64,000 nt of DNA from Alloascoidea hylecoeti. Taxonomy: Eukaryota. Below are positions 49,874 to 62,597 of this stretch, piece by piece. The DNA lies in contig BCKZ01000001.1 of assembly GCA_001600815.1 (NCBI GenBank), positions 1,397,389-1,461,388 of the forward strand, written 5' to 3'. Under the pieces are notes generated by a model. It had not been told where the DNA came from. It worked only from the letters and a program-made list of their open reading frames with translations, and did not search any database. The position numbers and the translations under genes were made by a program. How positions within the stretch are numbered: position 1 is the stretch's first letter; each line of letters starts with the position of its first letter.

Positions 49874-50251
49874 TCGCTTTTTATCATGTTATTCTTCTGA
49901 TTCTTGTTTTTATTTGTTATCTTTTATTTTCTATTTATTTGCAAGCTGCTTGCTTCAAAAATGTTTTTTTATCCTCTATGAATGATTATTCATACATTAA
50001 ATTAGTAAAATAATTACCGTTGATATCTCTAAATAAATTTATATTATTAGTTAGGACTATAATATATATATTAATACTAATAGCAATAAGAATATGTATT
50101 TTAATGCTGATTTTATAGTTTTAATTACCTTGTCAGATCACGTGCCATATGGTGTTTACACTTTCTTTGTTTACTTTTTCACTTTTCTAAGGAGGTTTCC
50201 ACTTGTTATTCATCAAAAACATCTATTCAACTTTATATTATTGCATACAAA

Positions 50252-51070
50252 ATGACCAAACAAAAAACTAAAAGTCAGGGAAATATTATTTCTAATTCAT
50301 CAGCATCATCAAAATCAGCATCATATTCAATCCTTGAAAACTTTCGAGAATATCATAAGTCATCTCTTATACTTGAAGATTTAAAAAAGCAAGATATTGA
50401 AAGAATATCATTGATTAAATTAATAAATGTCATTAAAAGGTGGAAACTTGACCAGGAGGAATTACAAAGCATTAAACTGAAATATGAGAAAATTTTAAAT
50501 GAAAATGATAAGACGAGTTCTTTGCAAAATGAAATTGAACTTATTAAATCTGAAAAAATTGGTTTAGAGAAAAAATTTAATGAAAAAATTAATGAAATTG
50601 AACAAGTTAGTAAAGATTTAAAAATTGATAATGAAAAACTTTTAAATGATTTAAAAAAATTTGAAGATAAATCAAAAGAAGATATAAATTTAAATAAAAA
50701 AAATTTAGTTACAAAACAAACAATTGAAATTGAAACAAAAAAATTAAAAGATGAAATAAAAATATTAAAATTAGATCAATTTGAAATAATGAATGAAAGA
50801 ACAAATTTAGCAAAACAATTAAAACAATTAAAAGATCAATTAAAAAATTCAATAAATAATAAAAATGATAATTTAATTTCAAAAGATGAATTTAATAAAA
50901 AAGAAAATCAATTACTTGATGAAATTAAATCATTAACTGATAAAATTGAAAAACAACAATCAGAAAAAACCGAGCTAAAATCAGAAATTGAAAAATTAAA
51001 ACAATCAATTTCATCAAATAAAACTTTATATGAAGGTAAAATTGATGAATTAAATGATAAATTGAAAACA

Positions 51071-51106
<36 letters not shown>

Positions 51107-51937
51107 CGTGTTACATTTAATCAAAGTAATAATAGTAATAATGATTTATTTACACCAGAACCAATAAATAATAAAACTAAGAAAACAGATTTTAAAAGAA
51201 AAACAATGTTGCCAAAACAATCAAATCCTTCAATTTCATCTTTTTCAACTACGCCTTTTTTGAAAAGAACAAAATCATTAGCTATTAATCACTCCTCATC
51301 TCCTGCTCCCACAACAACCCCTAAAATCCAAAAGAATAAAACAGTTATAACAGCAACTGATACCCCAGAATTAAAATCGATAATAAAACCAAAAAGAGGT
51401 ATATCTCCTTCATTATTATCACCAACCGTTGCATCATTAAATAAAACAAAATTAAAACCATCAATAGATAATAATAAAAATAAATCATTATTTGGAACAA
51501 CAGTTCCAAATTTATCACATAAATCAACAACAATTAATGGCAAAAATAAAAATATGCCACCACCAAAATCTCAATTACATGCTCGTAAATTTTTTGAAGA
51601 TGATGACTCAGAAACAGATGATAAAACAGATATTTTTTCAAAATCAATTAAAAAGACAAATACTAAAACATCATCATCAATAAATCTCAATAATAAAAAA
51701 AATAAAAAAAGAAAATTAGGTAGTATAACTGGTTCTTCATTGCTTGAACTTTCAATACCTGGATTAGAAGAAGAAGAAGAAGAGAAAAAATCATCATCAT
51801 CTATAATAAATCCAATTCTTAAAAAACAAAAAAAAGGATTAAATGATGATTTATCAAATGATAATAATAAAATGGAGAGACAATTTAGTCCGTTAAAGAA
51901 ACGAAATGAAGGGAAAAGAGGATTATTCAAATTTTAA
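50252..51937 (+). CDS. Coiled-coil protein with disordered S/TP-rich basic tail; possibly Lrs4/Mde4-like
   Basis: 561-aa ORF with a long coiled coil, polyQ, many SP/TP sites, KKRKL and terminal FSPLKK. The identity is a weak guess. Confidence 0.7.
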
Positions 51938-52356
51938 AAAGTTATGTTACTAAATATCCAACTGAAAATATATATTATAAACTTCATTTCTCTATATTTG
52001 ATTTAATTGATATTAAATTAAGCATTATGAAAAGTAAACCTTGTTTTCGTATACTGAAAAAAAAAAGTTTCTTCCTTAATACCAAGTCGTGTTTGGATGC
52101 GAAGATCTACTTGGGTATGTGGTACTACTACTTTGTGTTGATCAACACAATCCACCTAAAGTTACATTTATCATTGATCAAACTTAATGCTTTTTTCTAA
52201 GCCCCAATTCTTCAGCTTCCTTTATAATGTTCTAAAGTCCAAAATAAATCTATCATTTTAAAGAGTATGTATTACTATACACCGTAATTATACATGGTTA
52301 TACATATTTAATCTGTTTTATTCTCGTCTTATTATTCTATTGAGAATATCCAAGAA

Positions 52357-53253
52357 TTACTCAAGATATGACTTGTCCTTCAATAAAGTCTTGATACAAT
52401 TAACATCATGACCGAATACAACAGTGCCATTGGTATTTCCTTGCAATCTTCTTAATTTCTGTGTGGAATTATACCAAGCAGTATTGTCTCTCATTAACCA
52501 ACCTAATTGTTTACCATCACCAGCATAATTCTCTTCAAAGTAACAATGATCTGAGGTAAATATAAAAGTACCTTCTTTTTCAAGATTTAATTGCATCATT
52601 GATAAACCAGGTGTATGACCTGGAGCAAACTGAATAATTATACCTGGGAAAAGTTCAACAGTTTCATCTTTAAAAGTATTCCATTTTAAATCAAGATCAA
52701 GATAATAAGGGAAATAACAACTATCATCATGACCAGTTGCCATACCCCAAAATGCATACTTTAATTCTTCTTCGGACACCCAGATTTGAACATCTTTTCT
52801 ACCTTTGAAGTATTCCAAGCCACCAGCATGATCCATATGTAAATGTCCCATAATGATATGTTTAACATCCTTAATATCATAACCTATATCAGCAATTGCT
52901 TTATCAAGTTCTTGTGCTGTATCAGGATTGACCCGACAAAATGCATCATAAGAACCAGAGGCCCATCTATCTTCCCAACCTGGCATACCAGGGCCAACTT
53001 CCCAAATAATAAGACCTTCAGAAGGATGATCTATAAGAACTGAATACATAATACATTGCTTCCTTTCCCTTTCTAGTTGTATGCCCTCAATTTTATGACT
53101 TAATAAAGATGCATTACCACCTTGAATAAAGAAACCAAGGTCTGCTTCTAAATACCCCAAATTTAAAATATATGCCTTCGTTCCTGGAGGGGCGGTATTT
53201 AGGACGCTTGTTTTAACAATCGAAGCTGGTCCTCTTGCGTGAGCTTTTGACAT
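52357..53253 (-). CDS. MBL-fold hydrolase of the AHL-lactonase / fungal gamma-lactamase (MBL1-like) family
   Basis: HLHMDHAGGL (HxHxDH), PGHTPG, SD and FGHD metal ligands. The likely start is ATG 53253 (MSKAHARG); the ORF-track extension is promoter sequence. Confidence 0.88.
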   Translation of the reverse strand: MSKAHARGPASIVKTSVLNTAPPGTKAYILNLGYLEADLGFFIQGGNASLLSHKIEGIQLERERKQCIMYSVLIDHPSEGLIIWEVGPGMPGWEDRWASGSYDAFCRVNPDTAQELDKAIADIGYDIKDVKHIIMGHLHMDHAGGLEYFKGRKDVQIWVSEEELKYAFWGMATGHDDSCYFPYYLDLDLKWNTFKDETVELFPGIIIQFAPGHTPGLSMMQLNLEKEGTFIFTSDHCYFEENYAGDGKQLGWLMRDNTAWYNSTQKLRRLQGNTNGTVVFGHDVNCIKTLLKDKSYLE

Positions 53254-54299
53254 TAATAGATAGTGATTGTATATGTTTAATTTAAGTAGTTTATAGTGTA
53301 ACACAACTACAATTGTACGCTTTTTAAACAGAAAAAAATTTAAAAAGAGAAATAAATACAGATCTACAGAGGGAAAATCAGGCCCTTTATATATATATAG
53401 GTGACTAATTATAAACAGGTTAAGAAACAAGGAACATATAAGAAATAACGATATAACTTCGATGGCCTTGATCGCTTAAGCACAATATTATAATTAGCGA
53501 TTAGTTATCAGCGGTTAAGGGTCCTGACCAAGAGTATATTTAACCAGAGAGATCTAATTATTCTCACGAAAACGATCAAAACACATTGAACACAATAACT
53601 GTTGTATGCAACATTTTTTATATATTATCATCGCAACAGATAATAAATTTCCACAAGATATTCTAAAAGATTGATAATTTTGGGTGTATTTTATTTGAAT
53701 TTGTAGGTAAATACTATAAACTTTGATTAATTAGAATATACCCGTATGATTGATCTTTTGTGTCATGATTATTAGCGCGATTGTAAGATAGAAAGAGCGG
53801 TTAATAACTTTTTCGGCCAATTGACATGTTAACATCTTGTGATCAAACTCACTATAAGTTATTTATATGGTAAAAACATGCATATTTATGATTTAATTAT
53901 CCAAACCACGTGCACCCTAGTGACCTACTATTTCCCCAAGCTCCAATCCATCATGGCAAACAAACCCAAACCTTCGCAACAGCCTCGGGTGTCAATGAGC
54001 ACGCGAAATGTCTCTATTGTCCGGCTTGACGGCTGTACGTAATACGTACACACCACCATTGCTCGTGATTATCTGTTTAAGATGATCAACCAGGAGAAGA
54101 AACCAGTACGGAGATATCTCTTAATGGAAAAATTACATATGAAATAATTGAAGTGGAAGAAGACATAAGCTTAAGTAATGCTGAATCAACTTCAAAGAGT
54201 CCTTCGAATTCAATATACTTGGTAGAAGCTAGCCGTTTAAAAGAATAATCAAAAAACGATTATGATTAATGATATACCGCCGGTAACTATACACACAGT

Positions 54300-55260
54300 A
54301 GAAGTTGCAAGATCCGTCCAAGATTATGTAATACATTACACAAAAGAATTCGATAGGATTTCTTTGAAGTAAAGAGATTCTTTACAAAACACTCAAAATC
54401 AATTACACAATTATTAAAGCCGAGAACCAAAATGTTTTACCATAAGCAAATGAAGGTCTATTCACATCTTGTTCTTCTTCATATGCACATTCAAGATCTA
54501 CTTCATCCAAACTATCCTTATGAATGTAAAGGGGTTAATGTATAAGGATAATTTGGATGAAATGGATCTTACATTATTATGTTTTATAAAAAAAAGCTAT
54601 TGATTTTTTCGATCGTTAGAAAAAAAGTTGAAAAAGAGATGCAACATATTGCTAACGTATTATTAGCTAAAAATCTTGGTGAATTCATTAAAGATGAAAC
54701 AAAATCTAGACAAAATTTAAAAGATTTATTTTTGAAATNTGTATATTTTGGAAAAAAAGAAGGACATTTTACTTGCAAAATGGATTTAAAAATAAATATT
54801 AATTTAATCCCATTAGAAGATCAAATTCAATATTCTCAGAATATCAATTTCATTCCCAAGTACTGGTTTTCAGTGGTATAACATTTATCGAAGCTACCGG
54901 TAGAATCTGTTGCTTTAATCTTATGGAAAACAAAAATTATATTCTGAAGATAGTTGATCCAGTTACCTGCTGCTAACGTTGATAGAGGCTTGAATGAGAT
55001 GACTAAACATTGTTATAAGTGTTATGAGAACGAATTGGATAGTTACTTGTTAGTAGCAGGTGACGAAAGATTTAAAAAGATTGTCCCTACTCTTTATGGA
55101 ATAGGGTTTTGTACTGTCTGTGACAATGATGTTATTTGTAGTGCCGGTTTCTTCTAGTAGAATTCATAGAAGGGGCATTTTGCAGCCAGATTAAACATTG
55201 GGTCAGGAGGAGCAGTTTCGATTTCTGTGAAGAAGGACATTATGAATTATGAATTGTAGA
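54300..55260 (+). pseudogene. Fragmented ORF, possibly an atypical kinase-like gene
   Basis: Several same-strand ORF pieces broken by stops and frameshifts. CYENELDSY....KKIVPTLYGIG resembles the 'NE..Y..L....VP.LYG' segment of fungal kinase-like proteins. One N at 54739. Confidence 0.35.
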
Positions 55261-55312
55261 TGAAGATTGAAGATTGATAAAGATAGAGAAAAACCTGGGG
55301 TATTGATACCGA

Positions 55313-55528
55313 ATGTCCCACCCCACAGGGCAAATTGCTAACATATTCTCTGCAGATTCCGTTGCCGATCAAATAGCTGAGAGAAAAGAAGTTCCAAATG
55401 ATATCGTCTCCACCTTCTTCTCCTATCTCATTTCTCCCTATGCCTTGGTCTGTGTATCCATGGCTGTTATACTAAACAGGACCGTGGTATTTGCAAACTC
55501 CAGAATCCACAGGTCAACTTATGCTTAA
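55313..55528 (+). pseudogene. Truncated N-terminal fragment of an ASI1/ASI3-like membrane ubiquitin ligase
   Basis: FFSYLISPYALVCVSMAVILNRTVVFANSR matches the recalled first conserved TM block of fungal Asi-like proteins. The ORF stops after 71 aa with no obvious splice rescue. Confidence 0.5.
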
Positions 55529-57526
55529 GCTTGGTATGCATGCTGAAAATATGACTTCATTCATCTTATAATTATAAAAAGTTAAACCGGTAATTAAGTT
55601 CGTGTTACAAAATGTCTACAATTGGAAAAATTGATATCACTTTGTTATGTTTGATCTGAGAAGAATTAAAAGGCCAGGTTTAGAGATTCTTATTTTAAGC
55701 GATCGCGATAGCTCAAACGGCTATTTTAATTTCTGAAATTTTTCCAAATAGGTCTCAGCACTCACACCATTTTAGGACGGTTATTCAATAACCGCCGTGA
55801 AACTGGACATTTTGTTTACAATCTTAAATATAACTGGAAACTGTTGTGTTAATGTTAGGGATCAGGTCACATGACATCGTATGATCCTGATCAGGTGTTC
55901 CTCCTTTCCTGTAGTTTATTATTTTTGTAATATATTTTATTGGTATATTATATTTCAACTGTGACCGGTTATTATAAACCACCTTTATCATGTTTATTGC
56001 AATACAGACAAAACTAAACCTCCATGTTCCTAAACAGTTTTAGGTTCTCGTATTCCAGAAATTACACAGCTCTACTCCTACTGGATATAAATAATCTTAC
56101 TCATACAAAACTTTTGTAATTAATCTTCGTGTAACTTCAGTTCATATAGTTTTTCATCAAAATTGCTAACGGTGTCAATATCGATATAGGAGCTGAAATT
56201 TCAAATAATAGACAGGATCAAGGTTCTTACCCTAAGTTGAAATGTGTAATTGACCTCATAATGATACAACGGCCTATAATGGTAATTCAGATTCAACTAC
56301 TGTACCCGTATTTGGCCAACTCATATTTTAAATATTAGGCTATGCTGATTGCCAAATCTCTGCCAGACTGAATTTTTTTCAGCTTATAATGTTTTTTATC
56401 CAGATAACTATTGCCGGTATGGTCCATTAAAATGAGGGGATATGGAACAACAAATGCGGCCGCTAGTTATTAATCAACAGTGCCGAATATTTAATGATTA
56501 TTTGGTCTAAATTAAGTATAATTGGTGCATATTTAATATGAAACATAAATACTTTGAAGTTATATTAAATTGATGAAAAGAAGTGTTATATTTGTGATAC
56601 ATATTGGCAAATAGAAACTGGCTCCCATATAATTTCCCCATCAGCTGGAGTGGCCACAATGAAACCAAGTTGTGCCACTTTACCAATATTATATTCGGTA
56701 TTGTTGGAAGATATGACACTCGACGTTAAATCATATTTTTGGTGCAACTGGTTCGATACGTGTCTGATAGATATCGATCTTGTTATGATTGATCCAGTAT
56801 TTGGCAAAGAAATTAAAGGCAATGATGTTGAAGGTGTTTTAGGTATAAATATAGCTTATATTGTTACAAATTTTTTTAATAAATATTAATTATGAAGAAA
56901 GCATTCTTAACAGCCAGTGAAATTTCAATTTATAATAAAAATCAACGTGTATGATAGCTCAAAAATATGCTAATTACAATATCGATATCCTTTGAAAGAC
57001 CAATTGAGGAATCAGAGTAACTTTTAGGATATATGAATATCTTTCTTCGTTTGCTCTTTTACATAATCTTTAGATATTTTAATAATGGTTATTATCATCG
57101 ATATCATTTAGAGAATTCCAATCGGTCCTCCATTAAAAATAAAATCGTATAAGGCCTTATATTAATATTATACTCGATATCAAGTTTATTAGAAGCTTTT
57201 AGTATGCTTTACGAAAAATTTATATACATATACTACACAACAATGTGGTATCAAAAATTAAAAATTAAAACCTATAAATTAATATTATATATTTTATATC
57301 CAAACAATTACAAAATCACCGAGTTAGTAATACTAACAGTTTTGTGGGATGCTTAAGAACTATTGCTTTTTTTATTTTTTTATTTTTTGATTGCTCAATA
57401 TATTGAAGTTTATGTTGCTACATATAGCTGATACGACTTTTTATCAAGAATTTATAAAGTAAATTTTTTCACTCTGAATTTGGGATTTCTTTACTTTAAT
57501 AGCCTTTCTAATATATATAAACCAAC

Positions 57527-59014
57527 ATGAGCAGTGAACAAACCAACGAGTTACATAATTCACAGGTATTAAATATTTCCCAAGATGATTTTGAGTGCAA
57601 TTTTTACGGAATAAAGTACAAACCATTATCACAACAAGACTTGGACTCACTTAAACAAAAAGAGATCAATAATATAAAAAAAATATTAGAAGTTGATAGC
57701 TCGAATGCTTTAAAATTACTAAATGTTTGGAACTGGAAAACTAATGGTTTGATTGTATCATATTATGAAAACTCCGAAGAGACACTTTTGAATTCTGGTG
57801 TGTTCTTAAACAAAGATGGAATCAAAATTACGAAAAATACATCTCGTTTGATGTTTTCAATATGTTACAATTCTGAAAATATGAAAATGGTTTCTCTACC
57901 ATGTGATCATGAATTTTGTATTGATTGTTATCGAACATGTATCAAAGGAAAAATCGACCAAAGACATGTGAGTTCTATAAAATGCCCCCGATATTATTGC
58001 AAAGCTACATTATCTGAAAATGATGTTAAAAAAATCGTTTCAGAAGATTACTTTAACAAATATTTGGAATATTCTACACACTTATTCGTCACAAGTAGAA
58101 ATGAAATCCATTGGTGTCCTTTTCCAAATTGTACCAGCAGTGTAGAATGTAAACTAACTGAAGTGGATTATTTAAAGAAATCGATTCCAACGGTAAAATG
58201 TAGGAGTGATCATGAACATTGTTTTGGATGTGGATTAAATGAATCTCATGAACCAGCATCATGTGCACAAGTCAAAGAATGGCTTACAAAGTGTACTAGG
58301 GATACACAAACCATTAGTTGGAAAGCTAAAAATACAAGAGCATGTCCAAATTGTCATGTCCTTATACAAAAAGATGGAGGATGTGAACATTTGACTTGTC
58401 GAGTGTGTTATCATAACTTTTGTTGGGTGTGTTTAAGCCCAGGTCGTCATATCGTTTGTGATAAAAGTAATACAAAAGCTATCAAATCTTCAATCATAAA
58501 ATCAATAAGATTTTTAGACTATTATGAGCGCTATAAAAAACATGAACAGTTCAATTGCAATTTGCAACAATTATTGGAGATTTTTACAAAATTTAGACAA
58601 ACGTTAAAATGATCCTATGTTTTGGCGTTCAATTTACCGGACAATAAAAATTTAACTGTTTTATGTGCTGATTTAGAAAAAGCTCTTGATAAACTAGTTG
58701 GAATGCTTTCACAGAAGGTTTCTAATGAATTAAAAGATTTAACTAAAATATTGAATTTGTCAGGATATATTGAAACTAGAAGAGAGATTTTATTAGCTTT
58801 TGCTTCTGAAGGATTAAAAAAAGGTAATTGGACAAGTGAAGATAATAAAAGATTATTAAATCGCCTACAAACAGCAACCAAAAAGGAACAGCGAGACTTT
58901 CCCACTGGAACCTTAAAACGAGTAACAGTTGCAAGTATAACAAGGGGGTTTAAAGTCCTGGTTCAATTCCTGGTTCAATTCCTGGTTCAAAATTCAAATA
59001 GAGAAACGCTCTGA
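57527..59014 (+). pseudogene. Ariadne/HEL1-like RBR E3 ligase copy with in-frame TGA at 58610-58612
   Basis: RING1 (degenerate first Cys), IBR (WCPFPNC) and RING2 (CPNC..LIQKDGGCEHLTC..C...FCWVC). The frame continues after the stop as RQTLK*SYVLAF. Confidence 0.75.
58957..58990 (+). repeat. 12-bp tandem repeat (cctggttcaatt) x~3
   Basis: Encodes LVQF LVQF LVQ at the end of the RBR frame. Confidence 0.85.
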
Positions 59015-60023
59015 AGAGTCGGAACTTGTAACTTGTATTTCGTTATCAACAGGCTGATAAATTAGTTATCACTAATTTAATGAAATACTGGTATAACAGA
59101 ATTGAAGCTAACATTATAAATATAAGATACCTTATAATTATGCCATATGGTTTAGTTTATAATCCATACGCGTTATAAATGACTGACTTTCAATAATTAT
59201 ATAAGCATAAATAAATGGTTATGGGGACTCGGCCTCTTGTTATTAAAACATATAACTATATCGTTAATATAATTAATATCATTTATCATATTTCTCTAAT
59301 TTTATTTAAGTGTAATTTTTATCCATTTTTAAGAATTATTTCCTTCTTTAGAAAACAAGAATTAGACTACTCACTAACAGGTAATTCTTCTTCTGAACCA
59401 TTATCTTTTTTTAAATTTTTTAATGCTTCAATTGCAACAGATATCTATCTTCTTCTTTCAATCCATCAGTAAACTTATCTCGTTCTATGCTAGAGATTTT
59501 AAGGTGTGTCTGACCGTATGTCATTTTTCTATATAAACTTCTGACAAACGTGAGTATGTTATACAGTAAGTTTCAAGGATATTTTATTTCATTTGAAGTT
59601 TGTAGAGTTCTATTTGATTCCGCTTTAAAACGAATATCTTGTTTATATATAGCTATATAACCAAACAAAAACTATAATCCAAAGACTAAAAAAGTGTGTA
59701 ACAATCATGTAATATATTCAAATGCTTATGATCTTAGCATCTGTATATGTTTAAATAAATAAAATTTTAATTTAATACAATTTATTTGAAAATTTTAAAA
59801 CATTAACTATCAGTCTATTTACTATGAAAGAAACAAAAGCTAATGATATGACCGAAATAATAAAGTAAATAATATATAAGAAAAGAGTAGTAACAAAATT
59901 GAAGTTTTGTAGTTAAGAGTTTCTTTGTTAATCAAAAGAAATTGGATTACTTAATGAATTATCACAATTATTTTCATTATAATGTTTTTTAATGATCATG
60001 ATAAATAAAAATTATTTTATCAT

Positions 60024-62417
60024 TTAAAGTTTTGATTTTATCGCATTTAATCTATATTTCATATCCTTTAATGGTTTTGAGACAGGATCCCATTCATCAT
60101 ATTGTTTAAAGATTTCATTAACTTCTAAATCACCACCATTTAAATGACTTGCTTCAAATAATAAACCTCTCATACACCAAGGTAAATTATAAGGATTAAC
60201 ACCAGATGATTCAATTTTAAAAAAATCATCAACATCTAATGGAACTGAATAAGAATTATCAGTTGTCTCTAATATAAAACGAATTGCTAAATTATAAACC
60301 TTTTCTTCGTTATAAAGATTTGAATGACCACCACCAGTTAAATTACCAGATAATGAATTACTGATTTCTTTTATAACTTGATGTTCAGATCTACCAATAT
60401 TTCTTAAACGAAATGCAATCTCAACAAAAGATGATACAAAATTTGGTGTGTCTGATTCACCATCGATATAAACTGCTCTAAAAATATTTGGATGATTTAT
60501 GTGCATGCAAGTTGATGAATATAATGGTACTAATTGATCATTAATTGAACCAATAAAAGTTATTTTAACATTATTTTTAATGATTGTTTTCAATGATTCT
60601 AAATATTTATTACTTTGTAATGATTTTAAATTTTGAAATTCAAATAATTCCATCATTGATTCATTTTCAAATGATGAATAAGCACGAACTAAGATTTTTT
60701 TATCCATACCATAAAATGGACCTAAAGATATACCAGCCATTGCCAATATACCAATTCTTTGATTATTATTTTTAGTATTAATCAAACCGGATTCAATTAA
60801 ATATGATGCTAAATGAACAGAAACTGGTGTACCTTGAGAATGAGCAACAAAAAATATAAAATCACTTTTTTTAATATCATCACTATTTTTTTCTAAAATT
60901 TTTTTAAAATAAGAAACTCTATCAAGTACTTTACCTTCTCTTTCTAAAGCAATTTTTTTAATATCAATTTTAAAACCATTTAAGTTACTCCATTTTAGTA
61001 AGGCTATTTCAGCTTGATTTACAAATCTAACAGATGTACCAGTTGGTTCACCAATTAATCTTCTCAATCGCTTATTTGGGAAAAATCCATGAACTCCAAT
61101 AATTAATACCTTTTTAATGAGATGTGGTTTACAATGTAATAAATGATTCACATTATTTGTTGTTAAGCCTAATTTATTTGAGAACTGTTTTAATGATAGT
61201 ATTAAACTTCTTGTTCTTGTATGATCATTGAGACATTTTTCAATAGGTGGTATAACTAAATTTGAATGAGATTTTTTCTTTAATTTTTTAGAAGGTGATG
61301 AGTCGTTTATTTCATTTCTTTGATTTTGCATTACCTCAGTAGGTGGTTGTTCGGTATTATTTTTATCAGGGATGTTTTCAGAACCTGGTTCAATTTGAGT
61401 TTCACTTGTTTTATTGATGTTATTTGAGTCCTTTGTATCTTTTGACCATGAAAACCAACCCCGGGAAGTTTCTTTATCTTTATCTGGCATTGCCTCATTT
61501 GATGTATTCGTATCTTCGGAATGAGACCTTGAACTAGAAACACTTTCACGGGAAGAAATAGAATCAGGTTTATTTATATTTTCATTAATATTTAATGTTG
61601 ATTTTTTCTTTTCGAGTTCGCGATCTTCAGGAGATTTGCTATTAATCGTACCAGTGTTTTCGGTATTCTCAGTGTTTCCAGTGGTTTCGGTGGTTACAGT
61701 GTTTGGATTTGCCTTTTCAGGAGATTTTGAAAACATCCAATCAAGCCAGCCATTTTTATCATTTTGTGATCGTGATTGTGATTGCGATGGTTGTTGGGGT
61801 TTATTGTCATCATCAGAAGACATTTGTACTTGTTGGGATTTGGGTGGTTCTTCAATAATTGTTGGATTTTGAGTTTCAGTGGGAGGAGGTTGTGAGGAGG
61901 CAGCTGAATCACTAACAGAACTAACAGCTTTGCTAGAATTAGTGTGTATCGACGACGCCTTTTGTTCCGGCTCAACAGCCAGGGATGTTGAACTCTGCGT
62001 CCGCCTAAAAAAAGACGTCCAATTTGAAGACCGGGAATGAGGTGTTCCACCTTCTTCTGTGGTTTGGTCCGGTTGCTGTTTAATAGGTATCGGAGCAACT
62101 TCACTCATATTCTCAACTTTTGGATTAATATTTGGCTCTGAGTCGTTTGGGTCTCTTGACAGTTGTGAATCGGATTTACTAATAATGGAGACTTCTTTCA
62201 ACTCCTTCATTTTTTTAATAGAGGCGGCCTTTGAGGAACTGGAGAACTCCACGCACGATTTTGTGTCTGAAAGGCTTAAAGTGGATTGTGATTTCCTTAT
62301 ATACAATGGGGCCGTTGAGAACGACACATCTTTATGAGCATGATTTGAGGGTTGTTCCAAAGGGTGGATGTGCTGAAGAGAGCCGAGGGTTCTTCCTTTT
62401 GGGACGCGGGAGCTCAT
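60024..62417 (-). CDS. YML020W-like conserved fungal protein (disordered N-terminus, alpha/beta-hydrolase-like C-terminus)
   Basis: Motifs IIGVHGFFP..LIGEPTGTS.RF, VAHSQG.PVS, DQLVPLYSS, GGGHS and NPYNLPWCMRGL. Confidence 0.85.
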   Translation of the reverse strand: MSSRVPKGRTLGSLQHIHPLEQPSNHAHKDVSFSTAPLYIRKSQSTLSLSDTKSCVEFSSSSKAASIKKMKELKEVSIISKSDSQLSRDPNDSEPNINPKVENMSEVAPIPIKQQPDQTTEEGGTPHSRSSNWTSFFRRTQSSTSLAVEPEQKASSIHTNSSKAVSSVSDSAASSQPPPTETQNPTIIEEPPKSQQVQMSSDDDNKPQQPSQSQSRSQNDKNGWLDWMFSKSPEKANPNTVTTETTGNTENTENTGTINSKSPEDRELEKKKSTLNINENINKPDSISSRESVSSSRSHSEDTNTSNEAMPDKDKETSRGWFSWSKDTKDSNNINKTSETQIEPGSENIPDKNNTEQPPTEVMQNQRNEINDSSPSKKLKKKSHSNLVIPPIEKCLNDHTRTRSLILSLKQFSNKLGLTTNNVNHLLHCKPHLIKKVLIIGVHGFFPNKRLRRLIGEPTGTSVRFVNQAEIALLKWSNLNGFKIDIKKIALEREGKVLDRVSYFKKILEKNSDDIKKSDFIFFVAHSQGTPVSVHLASYLIESGLINTKNNNQRIGILAMAGISLGPFYGMDKKILVRAYSSFENESMMELFEFQNLKSLQSNKYLESLKTIIKNNVKITFIGSINDQLVPLYSSTCMHINHPNIFRAVYIDGESDTPNFVSSFVEIAFRLRNIGRSEHQVIKEISNSLSGNLTGGGHSNLYNEEKVYNLAIRFILETTDNSYSVPLDVDDFFKIESSGVNPYNLPWCMRGLLFEASHLNGGDLEVNEIFKQYDEWDPVSKPLKDMKYRLNAIKSKL

Positions 62418-62597
62418 CGAGACCGTCAGTGGGATCAGTTGTTTGATTGGTGGCGTGGTAATAAAATAAAAATAAATGAAACTAACCTAAATGGAAACGA
62501 ATTGAATATGAGATGAATATAAATGATGTAAACGATGAAAATAAATAAAGGAAAACGATGAAAAAAACTGGAAGAAACGATGAATAAATAATACAAT

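Noticed and set aside
53905..53917. CACGTG/TGCACCC (Aft-like) motif upstream of the lactonase
   Set aside because: A single distant match that is expected by chance.
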